The position numbers and the translations under genes are program-made. Under the pieces are notes generated by a model. It searched no databases. It had not been told where the DNA came from and worked only from the letters and a program-made list of their open reading frames with translations. Shown in pieces: positions 1 through 12,235 of a DNA stretch of 64,000 nucleotides. This DNA is from Macrostomum lignano (taxonomy: Eukaryota): the NCBI GenBank assembly GCA_002269645.1, contig NIVC01003790.1, positions 12,599 to 76,598 of the forward strand, in the 5' to 3' direction. Positions within the stretch are counted from its first letter, which is position 1; every line of letters starts with the position of its first letter.

Positions 1-683
1 GGGTTTCAACAGCTTGTTTATTATAATTAGCCCTAAGCCTATACTATAATAACAACTATATTTTAATAAATTATATAAAATTTAATAGGCCTAACTCAAT
101 ATTATCTCAACAAATGATAAAATTTATTATAAATTTATATGCCATAGGCCTAGGGCCTAATTCTAGTGGCATAACTAGAAGGCAAGGGGCAGTTTCCTTT
201 CCCCTTAAGCAGAGACTAGAAAAAAGGGGATCTTAGTCAAATTGTCAATTGGCATTTTGTCAACTATAGAGCCATTGTTCTCTCTTAGAGCACTTTGTCA
301 ATTGGCCAATTAGTAGACCTAAATATGGTCACTTTATCACTGTGTATTATATACATATATGCAATTTAATATTTTATACACATGTTTATTGCTATATTTA
401 TACCAAGAATTGTTCTGTTAAACTCTCTTAAATGAAAGAAGAAAGTCAAGCAGGTTAATTATTTCAAAGTGCAATATATTGAATTGACCTATTGTTTCCA
501 AAATATATAAATAATGTATGTTTGAATTTTTTGAAGGTTTTCAAATGTTTGAAGTGTTTTTACATGTTTTTACATGTTTGAAGATATTCAAATTTAGATT
601 TAAATAAAAAATCAACATTAAATTACAACAAAGTATATACATACTTAAGAAAGAATGATAGTGACAAACAATTAACTATTTAA

Positions 684-2916
684 CAGTAGGAATACCAAGC
701 CATTTTTCCACCCGTCGAACTACCAAGAGGGGGGAAAAATTTCCCCCCCCTGACAATTTTTTTTGCTGCGCTGGAATGGAGCAATGCAGACACACAAAAT
801 TCAAGAACACGGGCTAACTTTTTGTTGCGCACCTTCTCAAACAAGAATCAAGTCGCCAGCCCTCCGGACCGTCGAGATATTTGACGATTCTACCAGAAGG
901 TCAGATTTTTCCCATAAGCGCCAGTGTATTCAGTACACCCCTGTGCGCCAAATAGCACTGCGCCTCAGTTCAGCCTTGCCAAGTCTCCAAATTTCATCAG
1001 CACATCGACCAAATGTGTCTGCATCAGTTCTGACTTCGTTGGTTACTGGCCTTCACCGAGACGGAGCTTCTAGACCCGAGGTGGCACCAGGTGACTATGA
1101 ACACCTTGATGCGAATTTCTCTAGTTTCACCGATCAAGCCTCGACAGTAGGCAAGCCTCAACTGCCAGACACCCTCAGCTAGTCTCCTGAGCATTCCTTC
1201 ATCATCCCGACACCGTCGGCTCCTTCAACAGATTACACCAGGTGACTATGGACAGCCTGTTGCAAATATGTCAGGTTTTTCTTATCAAGCTTCAATAATG
1301 AGCAAACCTCAACTGCTGGACATCCTCAGCTAGTCAGTCAAGCATTCAGCCATCACCCCGACGCCATCGGCACCTTCAACAGGTGGCACCAGGGGAGTAA
1401 GGACACCTGAGCGTGATTTTTCATCATGCTCTTAACATTTCTGAATCATTAAAAAATGAAAAAAACGGATTGAATTTACTGGCTTCTGTAGGGCGTAGGC
1501 CGTGCGCTGCACTCTCTGCCCCACATTATTATTCATGACTCATTCTCTTGCCTAAACTTGTTTACCAATTCTTGACCAATTGCACATCGCTGCACCCCAC
1601 CCCACAATATTGACTAATAAATATATTGAGTAAACAGAGCCATACAGAGGCCACCTTTTCGGCACGCAAACCCAGACTTCACAGCTTCTTAGAAGCATAA
1701 CCCTTTCTGCATAAAAATTGGGTTCAATATTATAGTTGAATAAACTAAACAGCTTTTCGAATAAAATATGTATGTAGCTCGTATGCATAAAAGTATGTGT
1801 AATAATAATATAAATATACAGCAACATGAGTTCAAGCTTAACTATAGCAATGTCCGTGCTTTAAAAATTTTGAGAGCTTCAGCAATGTTAAGAGCATGAT
1901 GAAAAATCAGGCTCAGGTGTCCTTACTCCCCTGGTGCCACCTGTTGAAGGTGCCGATGGTGTCGGGGTGATGGCTAAATGCTTGACTGACTAGCTGAGGA
2001 TGTCCAGCAGTTGAGGTTTGCTCATTATTGAAGCTTGATAAAAAAGACCTGACATAGTTGCAAAAGGATGTCCATAGTCACCTGATGCCACCTGTTGAAG
2101 GTGCCGACGGTGTCGGGATGATGACAGAATGCTCAGGAGACTAGCTGAAGGTGTCCGGCAGTTGAGGCTTGCCTACTGTCGAGGCTCGATCGGCGAAACT
2201 AGAGAAATTCGCATTAGGGTGTCCATAGTCACTTGGTGTCATCTGTTGAAGGAGCCGACGGTGTCGGGATGATGACGGAATGCTTGAGAGACTAGCTGAA
2301 GATGTTCCGCGGTTGAGGCTTGCCCATTGGCAAGGCTTGATCAGCGAAACTAGAGAAATTTGCATCAGGGTGTTCATAGTCACCTAGTGTAATCCGTTGA
2401 AGGTGCCGACGGCGTCGGGGTGATGATGGAAGGCTCAAGAGACTAGCTGAGGATACCTAGCAGTTGAGGTATGCCCACTGTCGAGGCTTGATCAGCGAAA
2501 CTCAAGAAATTTGTATCAGAGTGTCCATAGTCACTTGGTGCCACCTGTTGAAGGTCCAGAAGCTCTGCCTGGGTGAAGGCTAGTGACCAACGAAGTCAGA
2601 GCTGATGCAGACACATGTTGTCGACGTGCTGATGAAATTTGGAGACTTGGCAAGGCTGCACTGAGGCGCAGTGCTGATTGGCGCACAGGGGTGTACTGAA
2701 TACACTAGCGCTTATGGGAAAAATCCGACCTTCTGGCAGAATCGTCGAATATCTCGCCGGTCCGGAGGGCTGGCGACTTGATTCTTGTTTGAGAAGGTGC
2801 GCAACAAAAAGTTAGCCCGTGTTCTTGAATTTTGTGTGTCTGCGTTGCTCCGTTCCGGCGCAGCAAAAAAAATTGTCAGGGGGGGGGAAATTTCCCCCCC
2901 CTTGGTAGTCCTACTG
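684..2916. mobile_element. Non-autonomous foldback-type DNA transposon with long modular TIRs, flanked by TTAA
   Basis: Ends read ttaa|CAGTAGGAATACCAAG (680-699) and CTTGGTAGTCCTACTG|ttaa (2901-2920). Left arm ~720-1440 is the reverse complement of right arm ~1884-2908. Arms contain a 151-bp subrepeat (catagtcac at 2073, 2224, 2375, 2526). AT-rich spacer ~1441-1883; no transposase ORF. Confidence 0.85.
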
Positions 2917-3428
2917 TTAATCACTGAATATTGATCCAGTTGATAAAATGACTAGCACCCAAAAAGCCTCCCCTTCTACCTTCCTTGGGTTTAGCCTTAG
3001 GTTTTTACCTTCAAAATCTGCTTTTTTACTCAACAAATTTCTAGTTGTGCTACCATATAATTTCAAGTTTACATTAGATTAATCTTTTAATATCATTTTA
3101 GGGAGTCTATTTTTCATCCCCTTTCAATTTTCTTTTAGTTTAGTCTCCTTTTCTATACAAGGCCTACCTATAGAGCAAAAGTAACTTTTGTGGCAATATT
3201 AGATAATTTTATGAATGAATTTATAAATTTAAAGGTATAGAAACCTTTTGATTGCCATAAAATAGCTTATGTGTTATTATTTTATAATTGATATCAATTT
3301 ATTTTTTACAAAAGTGTAATAAAGGGGTTTGATGAGTTTTTTTATTTAAAAAAATATAGAAATATTTGCATTTCATTATGTTGACCTATCTCATTGAGAG
3401 ATCTTCATAAAAATCGAGTTTATAAAAA

Positions 3429-5634
3429 CTAGCAATCTTTGCCCCCCAATAAGAGACATCTGGATAGAATCTTTGTTCTTTACAAGTAACAAATAGACAG
3501 AGAAATAAAGCCTTCAAAAAACAACAGACATTCCCTCTAAAAAGAAACCATCCCAAGAGAGCAAGCATCCCCAGAATAGCAAGCATCTCCTAAGACCACA
3601 AGCATCCCCCCTCCCAATAACAAGCAACCCCAGATAGCAAGCATCTCTCAGATAGCAAGCATCTCTCAAATAGCAAGCATATCCAAGATAGCAAGGATCC
3701 CCTAGACAGCAAGCATCCCCCCCCAGATAGCAAGCATCCCCCAGACAGACAGCAAGCATCCCCAAGATAGCAAGCATCCCCAAATAGCAAGCATCCCCCA
3801 GACAGACAGCAAGCATCCCCAAGATAGCAAGCATCCCCAAGATAGCAAGCATCCCCAAGATAGCAAGCATACCCCAGATAGCAAGCATCCCCCAGACAGC
3901 AAGCATCCCCCAGATAGCAAGCATCTCCCAGATAGCAAGCCTACCCTAGATAGCAAGCATCCCCTAGACAGCAAGCATCCCCAAGATAGCAAGCATACCC
4001 CAGATAGCAAGCATCCCCCTAGATAGCAAGCATACCCCAGATAGCAAGCATACCCCAGATAGCAAGCATCTCCCAGATAGCAAGCATCCCCCAGACAGCA
4101 AGCATCTCCCAGATAGCAAGCATCTCCCAGATAGCAAGCATCCCCCAGACAGCAAGCATCCCCCAGATAGCAAGCATCTCCCAGACAGCAAGCATACCCC
4201 AGATAGCAAGCATCATACCCCAGATAGCAAGCATCCCCAAGATAGCAAGCATCCCTAAGATAGCAAGCATCCCCCCGATAGCAAGCACCCCCCTAATAGC
4301 AAGTATACCCCAGATAGCAAGCATCCCCCAGACAGCAAGCATCCCCCAAATAGCAAGCATCTCCCAGACAGCAAGCCTACCCCAGATAGCAAGCATCCCT
4401 TAGACAGCAAGCATCCCCTAGATAGCAAGCATACCCCAGATAGCAAGCATCCCCTCGATAGCAAGCCTACCCCAGATAGCAAGCATCCCTGGATACAAAG
4501 AGTCCTTATAGATAGCTAGCAAACCCCTCTCAGATAGCAAGTACCCACTATCCCCCAAGAGCAAGCATCTCCCAATAACAAGTTACCCCAGTAGCAAGCA
4601 TCCCTCAGATAGCAAGCATCCCTCAGATAGCAAGCATCCCCCTGATAGCAAGTATCCATCCTTAAATAGCAAACATCTACCAGACAACAAGTAGCTAGTG
4701 CAACAATTTCCATAGCTTTATAATGGCTCCATTTTGTTTGGCATGATGCTTCTTTTTTCATTTCAATTTCTATCTCTTTTACGTTTGACATGGCATCTCT
4801 TTTATGTTTGACATGGCGTCTTTTATATGATTGACATGATGGTTCTTTTATGTTTGACATGGTGCCAATTTTATGTTTGGCATGGTGGCTCTTTTTTGTT
4901 TGACATGGTGGCTCTTTTATGATTGACATGGTGGCTCTTTTATGTTTGAAATGGTGGCTCTTTAATGTTTGACATGGTTCCAATTTTATGTTTGACATGG
5001 TGCCACTTTTATGTTTGACATAGCACTTCCTTTATGTTTAGCAGTTTTGTGTTTTTAAAGTGTTTAAAGTTTTTAAAGTCGAAATTATTTTGCGCTACTA
5101 AGATGCAAACCCAGGTTGCTACATTAGCAGTCTAGTCTGTTCGCATCTAGGCTATCTATTTTCAATTGGAGAACTTAAACTGTGGCCCTTATAATTCAAT
5201 TCTTACAGCAAGTCGGTTAGGGTAAAAAGGGTAAACATAATCAATTTCTCAGTCAGCCAGTATCAGTCTCAATTAAGTTAGCAATATGGTTACGCAATTT
5301 GTGTCAAGTTGTATGTGCTTTTCTCTGGCACTGTTTTCAACTTGGTGTGATGTAATCTTTATCAGAATTGAAATTCAGTCAGTCAGTTTTTTCTCTAGTA
5401 TTCTTACAATGCATTTCAAGTCGAAATTTTGCTTGACCTTTGCGAAAAAGCATGTTTTTCAAATATTTTATCCCTTTAACATTGAGCAATTTCTTAGCTA
5501 AGATGCATGTACTGTCCCAGGAACATTTCTGATCAAATGGTGCAAGTTTGACGAAAATTGGTTGAGCTGTTTTTTCTGAAATCTATCGCATACCTACCTA
5601 CCTACCCACAGAAACTCATTTTTAGTATATCTGA
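3429..5634 (-). mobile_element. Non-autonomous Helitron, copy 1
   Basis: On the minus strand the 5' end is TCAGATATACTAAAAATGAG (5634) and the 3' end is CTAG|T (3432-3429) with a decayed subterminal hairpin. Contains a 17-bp array, a ~20-bp array and a ~560-bp unique segment shared with copy 2. Confidence 0.75.
3555..4690. repeat. ~17-bp tandem array (tagcaagcatccccaga) inside Helitron copy 1
   Basis: Directly visible; a short version (~5775-5945) sits at the same place in copy 2. ORFs 3386-4482 are artefacts of it. Confidence 0.95.
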
Positions 5635-8600
5635 CTAGCAATCTTCGCCCCCCGTTGCGGGACATCTGTATAGAACCTCTGTTCTCTACAAGTAACAAAA
5701 AGATAGCCAAAAAAAGCCTTCACAAAGAAAACAGACAAAATACTCAAAGGAAGTGCAATGCAAAAAGAAATCATCCCAAGACAGCAAGCATCCCCCAGAT
5801 AGCAAGCATCTTCCAGATTACAAGCAACCCCCAGATAGCAAGCATCCCCCATATAGCAAGCATCCCCCAGATAGCAAGCATCCGCCAGATAGCAAGCATC
5901 CCCTACATAGATAGCATCCCCAAATAGCAAGCATCCACCAGACAATAAGTAGCTAGTGCGACAATTTCCTTAGCATTATAGTGGCTCCTTTAAAATTCGC
6001 TTACTTTTATGTTTGAAATTGTGTAAATTTTATGTTTGACATGGTGGCTGTTTTAAGTTCTACATGGCAACTGTTTTATGTTTGAAACGATGGCTTTTTA
6101 ATGTCAGACATGGTGGCTCTTTTATGTTTTACATGGTGGCTCTTTTATGTTTGACATGGTGCCTCTTTATTGTTTGACATGGTGGCTCTTTAATGTTTAA
6201 CCTGGTGGCTCTTTTATGTTTGAAACAGTGGCTCTTTTATGTTTGACATGGTGGCTCCTTAATGTTCGAGAAAGTGGCTCTTTAATGTTTTTCATGGTAT
6301 AGCTCTTTTATGTTCGACATGGTGGCTCTTTTAGGTTTGACATGGTGGCTCTTTTAGGTTTGACATGGTGGCTCTTAAATGTTTGACATGGTGGCTCTTT
6401 AATGTTCGAGAAAGTGGCTCTTTAATGTTTTTCATGGTATAGCTCTTTTATGTTCGACATGGTGGCTCTTTTAGGTTTGACATGGTGGCTCTTAAATGTT
6501 CGACATGGTGGCTCTTAAATGTTTGACATGGTGACTCTTTAATGTTTCAAATGGTGGCTCTTTAATGTTTAACATGGTGGCTCTTAAATGTTTGACATGG
6601 TGGCTCTTTAATGTTCGAAATGGTGGCTCTTTTGTTTTACATGGTGGCTCTTTAATGTTTGACATGGTGGCTCTTTAATGTTTGACATAAAGTCACTTAT
6701 ATGTTCAAAATGGTGGCTCTTTAATATTTTAAATTGTGGCTCTTAAGTGTTCGACATGGTGGCTCTTTAATATTTTACATTGTGGCTCTTAAGTGTTCGA
6801 CATGGTGGCTCTTTTAGGTTTGACATGATGGCTCTTTTAGGTTTAACATGGTGGCTCTTTTAGGTTTAACATGGTGGCTCTGTTAGGTTTAACATGGTGG
6901 CTCTTAAATGTTCGACATGGTGGCTCTTTAATGTTCGACATGGTGGCTCTTTAATATTCTTCATGTTATAGCTCTTTCATGTTTGACATGGTGGCTCTTT
7001 AATGTTCGAAATGGTGGCTCTTTAATGTTCGAAATGGTGGCTCTTTAATGTTCGAAATGGTGGCTCTTTAATGTTCGAAATGGTGGCTCTTTAATGTTCG
7101 AAATGGTGGCTCTTTAATGTTTGACACAAAGTCACATATATGTTTGACATGGTGGCTCTTAAATGTTTGACATGGTGGCTCTTTATGTTTGACATGTTGG
7201 CTCTTTTATGTTTGACATGTTGGCTCTTTTATGTTTGAAATGGTGGATCTTTAATGTTCGAAATAGTGGCTCTTTTATGGTCGACATGGTGGCTCTTTAA
7301 TGTTCGAAATGGTGGCTCTTTAATGTTCGAAATAGTGGCTCTTTTATTTTCGACATGGTGGCTCTTTATGTTGGACATGTTGGCTCTTTTATGTTTGACA
7401 TGTTGGCTCTTTTATGTTTGACATGGTGGATCTTTAATGTTCGAAATAGTGGCTCTTTTATGGTCGACATGGTGGCTCTTTAATGTTCGAAATGGTGGCT
7501 CTTTAATGTTAGAAATAGTGGCTCTTTTATTTTCGACATGGTGGCTCTTTTAGGTTTGACATGGTGGCTCTTTTATGATTGATATGGTGGCTCTTTAATG
7601 TTTAGCATGGTGACTTTTAATGTTTGACATGGTGGCTCTTTAATGTTCGGCATGGTGGCTCTTTAATATTCGACATGGTGGCTCTTTAATGTTCGACATG
7701 GTGGCTCTTTAATGTTTGACATGGTGGCTCTTTAATGTTTTACATGGTTGCTCTTTTATGTTCGACATGGTGGCTCTTTAATGTTTGACATGGTAGCTCT
7801 GTTATGTCCGAAATGGTGGCTCTTTAATGTTTGACATAAAGTCTCATATATGTTTGACATGGTGGCTCTTAAATGTTTGACATGGTGGCTCTTTATGTTT
7901 GACATGTTGGCTCTTTTATGTTCGAAATGGTGGCTCTTTTTTGTTCTACATGTTAACTCTTTTTTATTTGATACGGTGGCTTTTTTAATGTCTGACATGT
8001 TGGCTCTTTTATGTTTGACATGGTGGCTCTTTAATGTTCGACAAAGTGGCTCCTAAATGTTTGACATAGTGGCTCTTCAATGTTTGACAATGTGGCTTTT
8101 GAATGTTTGACATGGTGGCTCTTTAATGTTTGACATGGTAGCTCTGTTATGTTCGACATGGTGGCTCTTCTAGGTTTGACACGAAGGCTCTTAAATGTTT
8201 AACATGGTGGCTCTTTAATGTTTAACATGGTGGCTCTTTAATGTTTCACATGGTGGCTCTTTAATGTTTTACATGGTGGCTCTTTTATGTTTAACTTGGT
8301 AGCTCTTTGTTATTTTACATGGCAGCTCTTTTATGTTCGACATGGTGGCTCTTTAATATTCATGTTATAGCTCTTTCATGTTTGACATGGTGGCTCTTTA
8401 ATGTTTAACACAAAGTCACATATATGTTTGACATGGTGGCTCTTAAATGTTTGACATGGTGGCTCTTTATGTTTGACATGTTGGCTCTTTTATGTTTGAC
8501 ATGTTGGCTCTTTTATGTTTGACATGGTGGCTCTTTAATGTTCGAAAAAGTGGCTCCTAAATGTTTAACATAGTGGCTCTTTGATGTTCGAAATAGTGGC

Positions 8601-10011
8601 TCTTTTATTTTTGACATGGTGGCTCTTTAATGTTTGATATGGTGGCTGTTTAATGTTTGAAATGGTGGCTCTTTTATGTTTGACATAAAGTCACTTATAT
8701 GTTTTACATGGTGCCTCTTAAATATTAGACATGGTGGCTCGTTTAGGTTTGACGTAGTAGCTCTTTAATGTTCGACATGGTGGCTCTTTAATATTCGATA
8801 TGTTGGCTCTTTTATGTTTGACATGGTGGCTCTTTAATGTTCGACAAAGTGGCTCCTAAATGTTTGACATAGTGGCTCTTTAATGTTTGACAATGTGGCT
8901 TTTGAATGTTTGACATGGTGGCTCTTTAATGATAGACATGGTGGCTCTTTTATGTTCGAAATGGTGGCTCTTTAATGTTTAAAATAGTGGCTCTTTTATG
9001 TTCGATATGGTGGCTCTTTAATGTTCGAAAAAGTGGCTCCTAAATGTTTGACATAGTGGCTCTTTGATGTTCGAAATAGTGGCTCTTTTATGGTCGACAT
9101 GGTGGCTCTTTAATGTTCGAAATGGTGGCTCTTTAATGTTCGAAATAGTGGCTCTTTTATTTTCGAAATGGTGGCTCTTTAATCTCGAAATGGTGGCTGT
9201 TTAATGTTCGAAATGGTGGCTCTTTTATGTTTGACATAAAGTCACTTATATGTTTTATATGGTGCCTCTTAAATATTAGACATGGTGGCTCGTTTAGGTT
9301 TGACATGGTGGCTCTTTAATATTCGATATGTTAGCTCTTTTATGTTCGACATGGTGGCTCTTCTATGTTTGACATTGCGCTTCTTTTATGTTTAGAAGTT
9401 TTGTGTTTTTAAGGTGTTTTAATAAAAAAAATCTTTTTTGCCCTACTAAGATTCGAACCCAGGTCGCTACATTAGCATTCCAGTCTGTTCGCATCTGGGC
9501 TATCTTTTTCAATTGGAGAACATAAATTGTGGCCCTTATAATTCAATTCTTACAGCAAGTCAATTGGAGTAAAAAGTTATGACATAATCAATTTCTCAGT
9601 CAGCCAGAATCAGTCTCAATTTAAGTTGCCAATATGGTTACGCAATTTCATTCAAGTTGTGTGTGCATTTCTTTGACACTGTTTTCAACTTGTTGTGATG
9701 CAATCTTTATCACAATCGGAATTCACCCAGTCAGTTTTTTCTCTAGCATTCTTACAATGCATTTCAAGTCGAAAATTTTGCTTGACCTTTGCAAAAAAGC
9801 ATGTTTTTCGAATATTTAATCCCTTTAACATTGAGCAATTTCTTAGCCAAGATGCATGTACCGTCCCAGGAAAATTTCTGATCGAATGGTGCAAGTTTGA
9901 AGAAAATCGGTTGAGCCAATTTTTCTGAAATCTATCGCATACCTACCCACAGACAACTCATTTTTAGTATATAGGAAGATGATGATGATGACTGATTTTT
10001 AGTATATCTGA
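5635..10011 (-). mobile_element. Non-autonomous Helitron, copy 2 (head-to-tail with copy 1)
   Basis: 5' end A|TCAGATATACTAAAAA at 10011, with a second internal 5'-like end TCCTATATACTAAAAA at ~9976. 3' hairpin CCCG-caa-CGGG lies 11 nt before CTAG (5638-5635). Junction reads CTAG|TC at 5635/5634. Confidence 0.75.
6010..9390. repeat. ~19-20-bp tandem array (tttaatgtttgacatggtggctc) inside Helitron copy 2
   Basis: Directly visible; a short version (~4760-5040) sits at the same place in copy 1. Confidence 0.95.
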
Positions 10012-10083
10012 TGACTGATTATGACTGAATGAAATTGACTGTGAATTCTCTTGCTGTGTGCAGGCTGATAAAATTTGCATTAA

Positions 10084-10344
10084 AAATGCCCATTTAAAAC
10101 AGTTTTTCAAATATTTAATCTCTTTAGCAATGAGCTAAAGCTTAATAAAAATACATGTACCAATTCGGGAACATTTGACATCTTTTGGTGAAGAAACGGC
10201 GAAAATTGGTTGAGCCATTTGGGAGATAATCGATTGCATACAAGCAAGCAAGCAAGCAAGCAAGCAAGATTTTCATTTTTAGTATATAGGATGCATACAT
10301 AGAAACATACAAACATACAATTTTTTCATCTTTAGTATATTAGA
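10084..10344 (-). mobile_element. Truncated related Helitron 5' fragment with two stacked 5' termini
   Basis: Similar to the unique segment of copies 1/2, with a (GCAA)n microsatellite. Minus-strand A|TCCTATATACTAAAAATG at 10291 and CTAG|TCTAATATACTAAAGATG at 10345/10344. Confidence 0.6.
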
Positions 10345-11125
10345 CTAGATTTGTCTAGGAATGAAAAAAATATTTTTAATGACAATTTTTGACTTTTGTA
10401 ATAATAGAATATTTTTCTCTTACTTTGATCTATTAAAATACATTTACAATTTGTGTTCCTATATTCCTATAATATTGAATATCCTTTTAAATCATTCAAT
10501 TTTTCTACAATTTTGTGCCTTTAATAGCTAATATGTTTGCTTTTATAATTTTTTGGCCAAATATACTTTTGCATGAATTATATTTATATTTTTTAAGGTA
10601 GATACATTTTATATCCCATTTTGATAGAAATACTTATATGCAAGTAGAATAGAAGGTAAGAAGTATGACATTAGAAATAATTTTTATGGAAATTTCTAAA
10701 TCGAAATTGGTACTAAATTTTGGGGGCTCTAGATTCATTAAAGTTTTTAAACATAATTTTACAATGTATAGAAAGCTATTGATCTATTTTCAACCTATTT
10801 TCATTAGCATTGTCTTATTAAACCTTTTCTTTTTTATGTTTTGTTACTTTTTAGATAAAAAAATATTGTTTTTTAAAAATGCATAACTTTTTCAAACATG
10901 TATTTAAAATGAAACCTTATAATATTTTTTAAAATCTTATCATTCTAATTCAAAAAAAAAATTCTTATGAAGATCATAACTACATTTAACTAGGTGTATG
11001 CCATGAGGCCAGGAACAAGCCCAGATTTCAGATTTATTTCAATGAAGCCAAAAAGTTGTCTCACGCTCCTGTCTACTAACTTGGGTAACATACGATTGTA
11101 GAAACACAAACAGAAACAATAGCAT

Positions 11126-11495
11126 TTTTTATTAGAGGCAGGGGGTTGTGTCATTGTTTGCACCCTGGCGCACTTTAAGCGACATAGGCACACAACCGGC
11201 GAGAGGCATTGCTGCCCATTCCGCCGACTCCCCTGAGCAGGCACACAAGCGTGCGGATACGTACGCAGGCACACACTCACACAGGAGTGTACAGCGGCCC
11301 TAACTTTATATTATCGTTAGGCATGTACACTTCACTGCGCCTTGGGGGGTTGGCTCTCAAGGCCGTTAATTGCACAAGCAGAGCCAAGCCGAGATTCAAA
11401 TTCAGCCCCAAATTAATGTGACTGCACTTGGAATCGAGCCTGAGTCGCTGGCACACCAGAGCAGCTGCGCTACCGCTGGGCTACGGCCCCCCGTT
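11126..11495 (-). mobile_element. tRNA-derived SINE (family A), full length
   Basis: 13-bp TSD gaaacaatagcat at 11113-11125 and 11496-11508. Minus-strand A box tagcccagcgg, B box ggctcgattcc, and A-rich tail taataaaaaa. Body shared with copies at ~36445, ~56066 and 58420. Confidence 0.85.
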
Positions 11496-12235
11496 GAAAC
11501 AATAGCATAGCCGATCTTTGTCACGCCCCCCTCCGGAGTGAAGCCCTCTTAGATTATACATGTAACAACGATTATAAACTAAGGAAAGCGTCTGGAAGCC
11601 TGAACACGTGGCTCTGATCGCTTAAAGTAGTCTGCGATCAACATAGTGAGTTATTAACCTGATTCGTTGGGACGTGTCCGATTCTATGGCCTGTAGCGGT
11701 CGGGTTCCCTTCGAATTCGCTCGCTCCTCCGTGTTGGTATGGCCTGTGCAACCTGTGGCTCCGGTGCAGCTGGTCTCTGACCTTCCACATCCGTCTCATC
11801 GGTTTCTTCATCAGAAAGAGTGCGAGGCGCGAGTTGATTGTTGCTGACCAAGCGTAGTGGTTAGTGGATCTCAAACTTTCGACCTTGTAGGTAATTCTTT
11901 AGACGAGAGACAGCCCAGACAATGGCTAGGGCTTCTCTTTCAATATTGGAGTAATTTTCCTCTGCCTTCGGTAGTCGATAGAGTCCTGGAAATATAAATT
12001 AGGTGTTAGGTGTGATCAATTTTTAGTCTTCCAATCTGATTCTGTCTATGCCATATAAATTTATCATTATGCAAAAATTTAATTTAATAATATGTACTGT
12101 AAATAAAGAATAATTCAGTTTAGTAGATCCTGAAGGTTCTGTTAAAATTATACATAGTTTTTGTTTTTTATTGCAAGGATTGAGACAATATATTTATTTT
12201 TCTTAGCAAGCTTGACAATTTTCAAATGCAGCCTC

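Noticed and set aside
763-1182. 139-aa ORF as a transposase remnant
   Set aside because: It lies in the TIR arm, has no DDE-like motif, and the frame is not preserved in the mirror arm.
11519-11925. Possible solo LTR beginning TGTCACG
   Set aside because: No matching TSD or second copy was found in the window.
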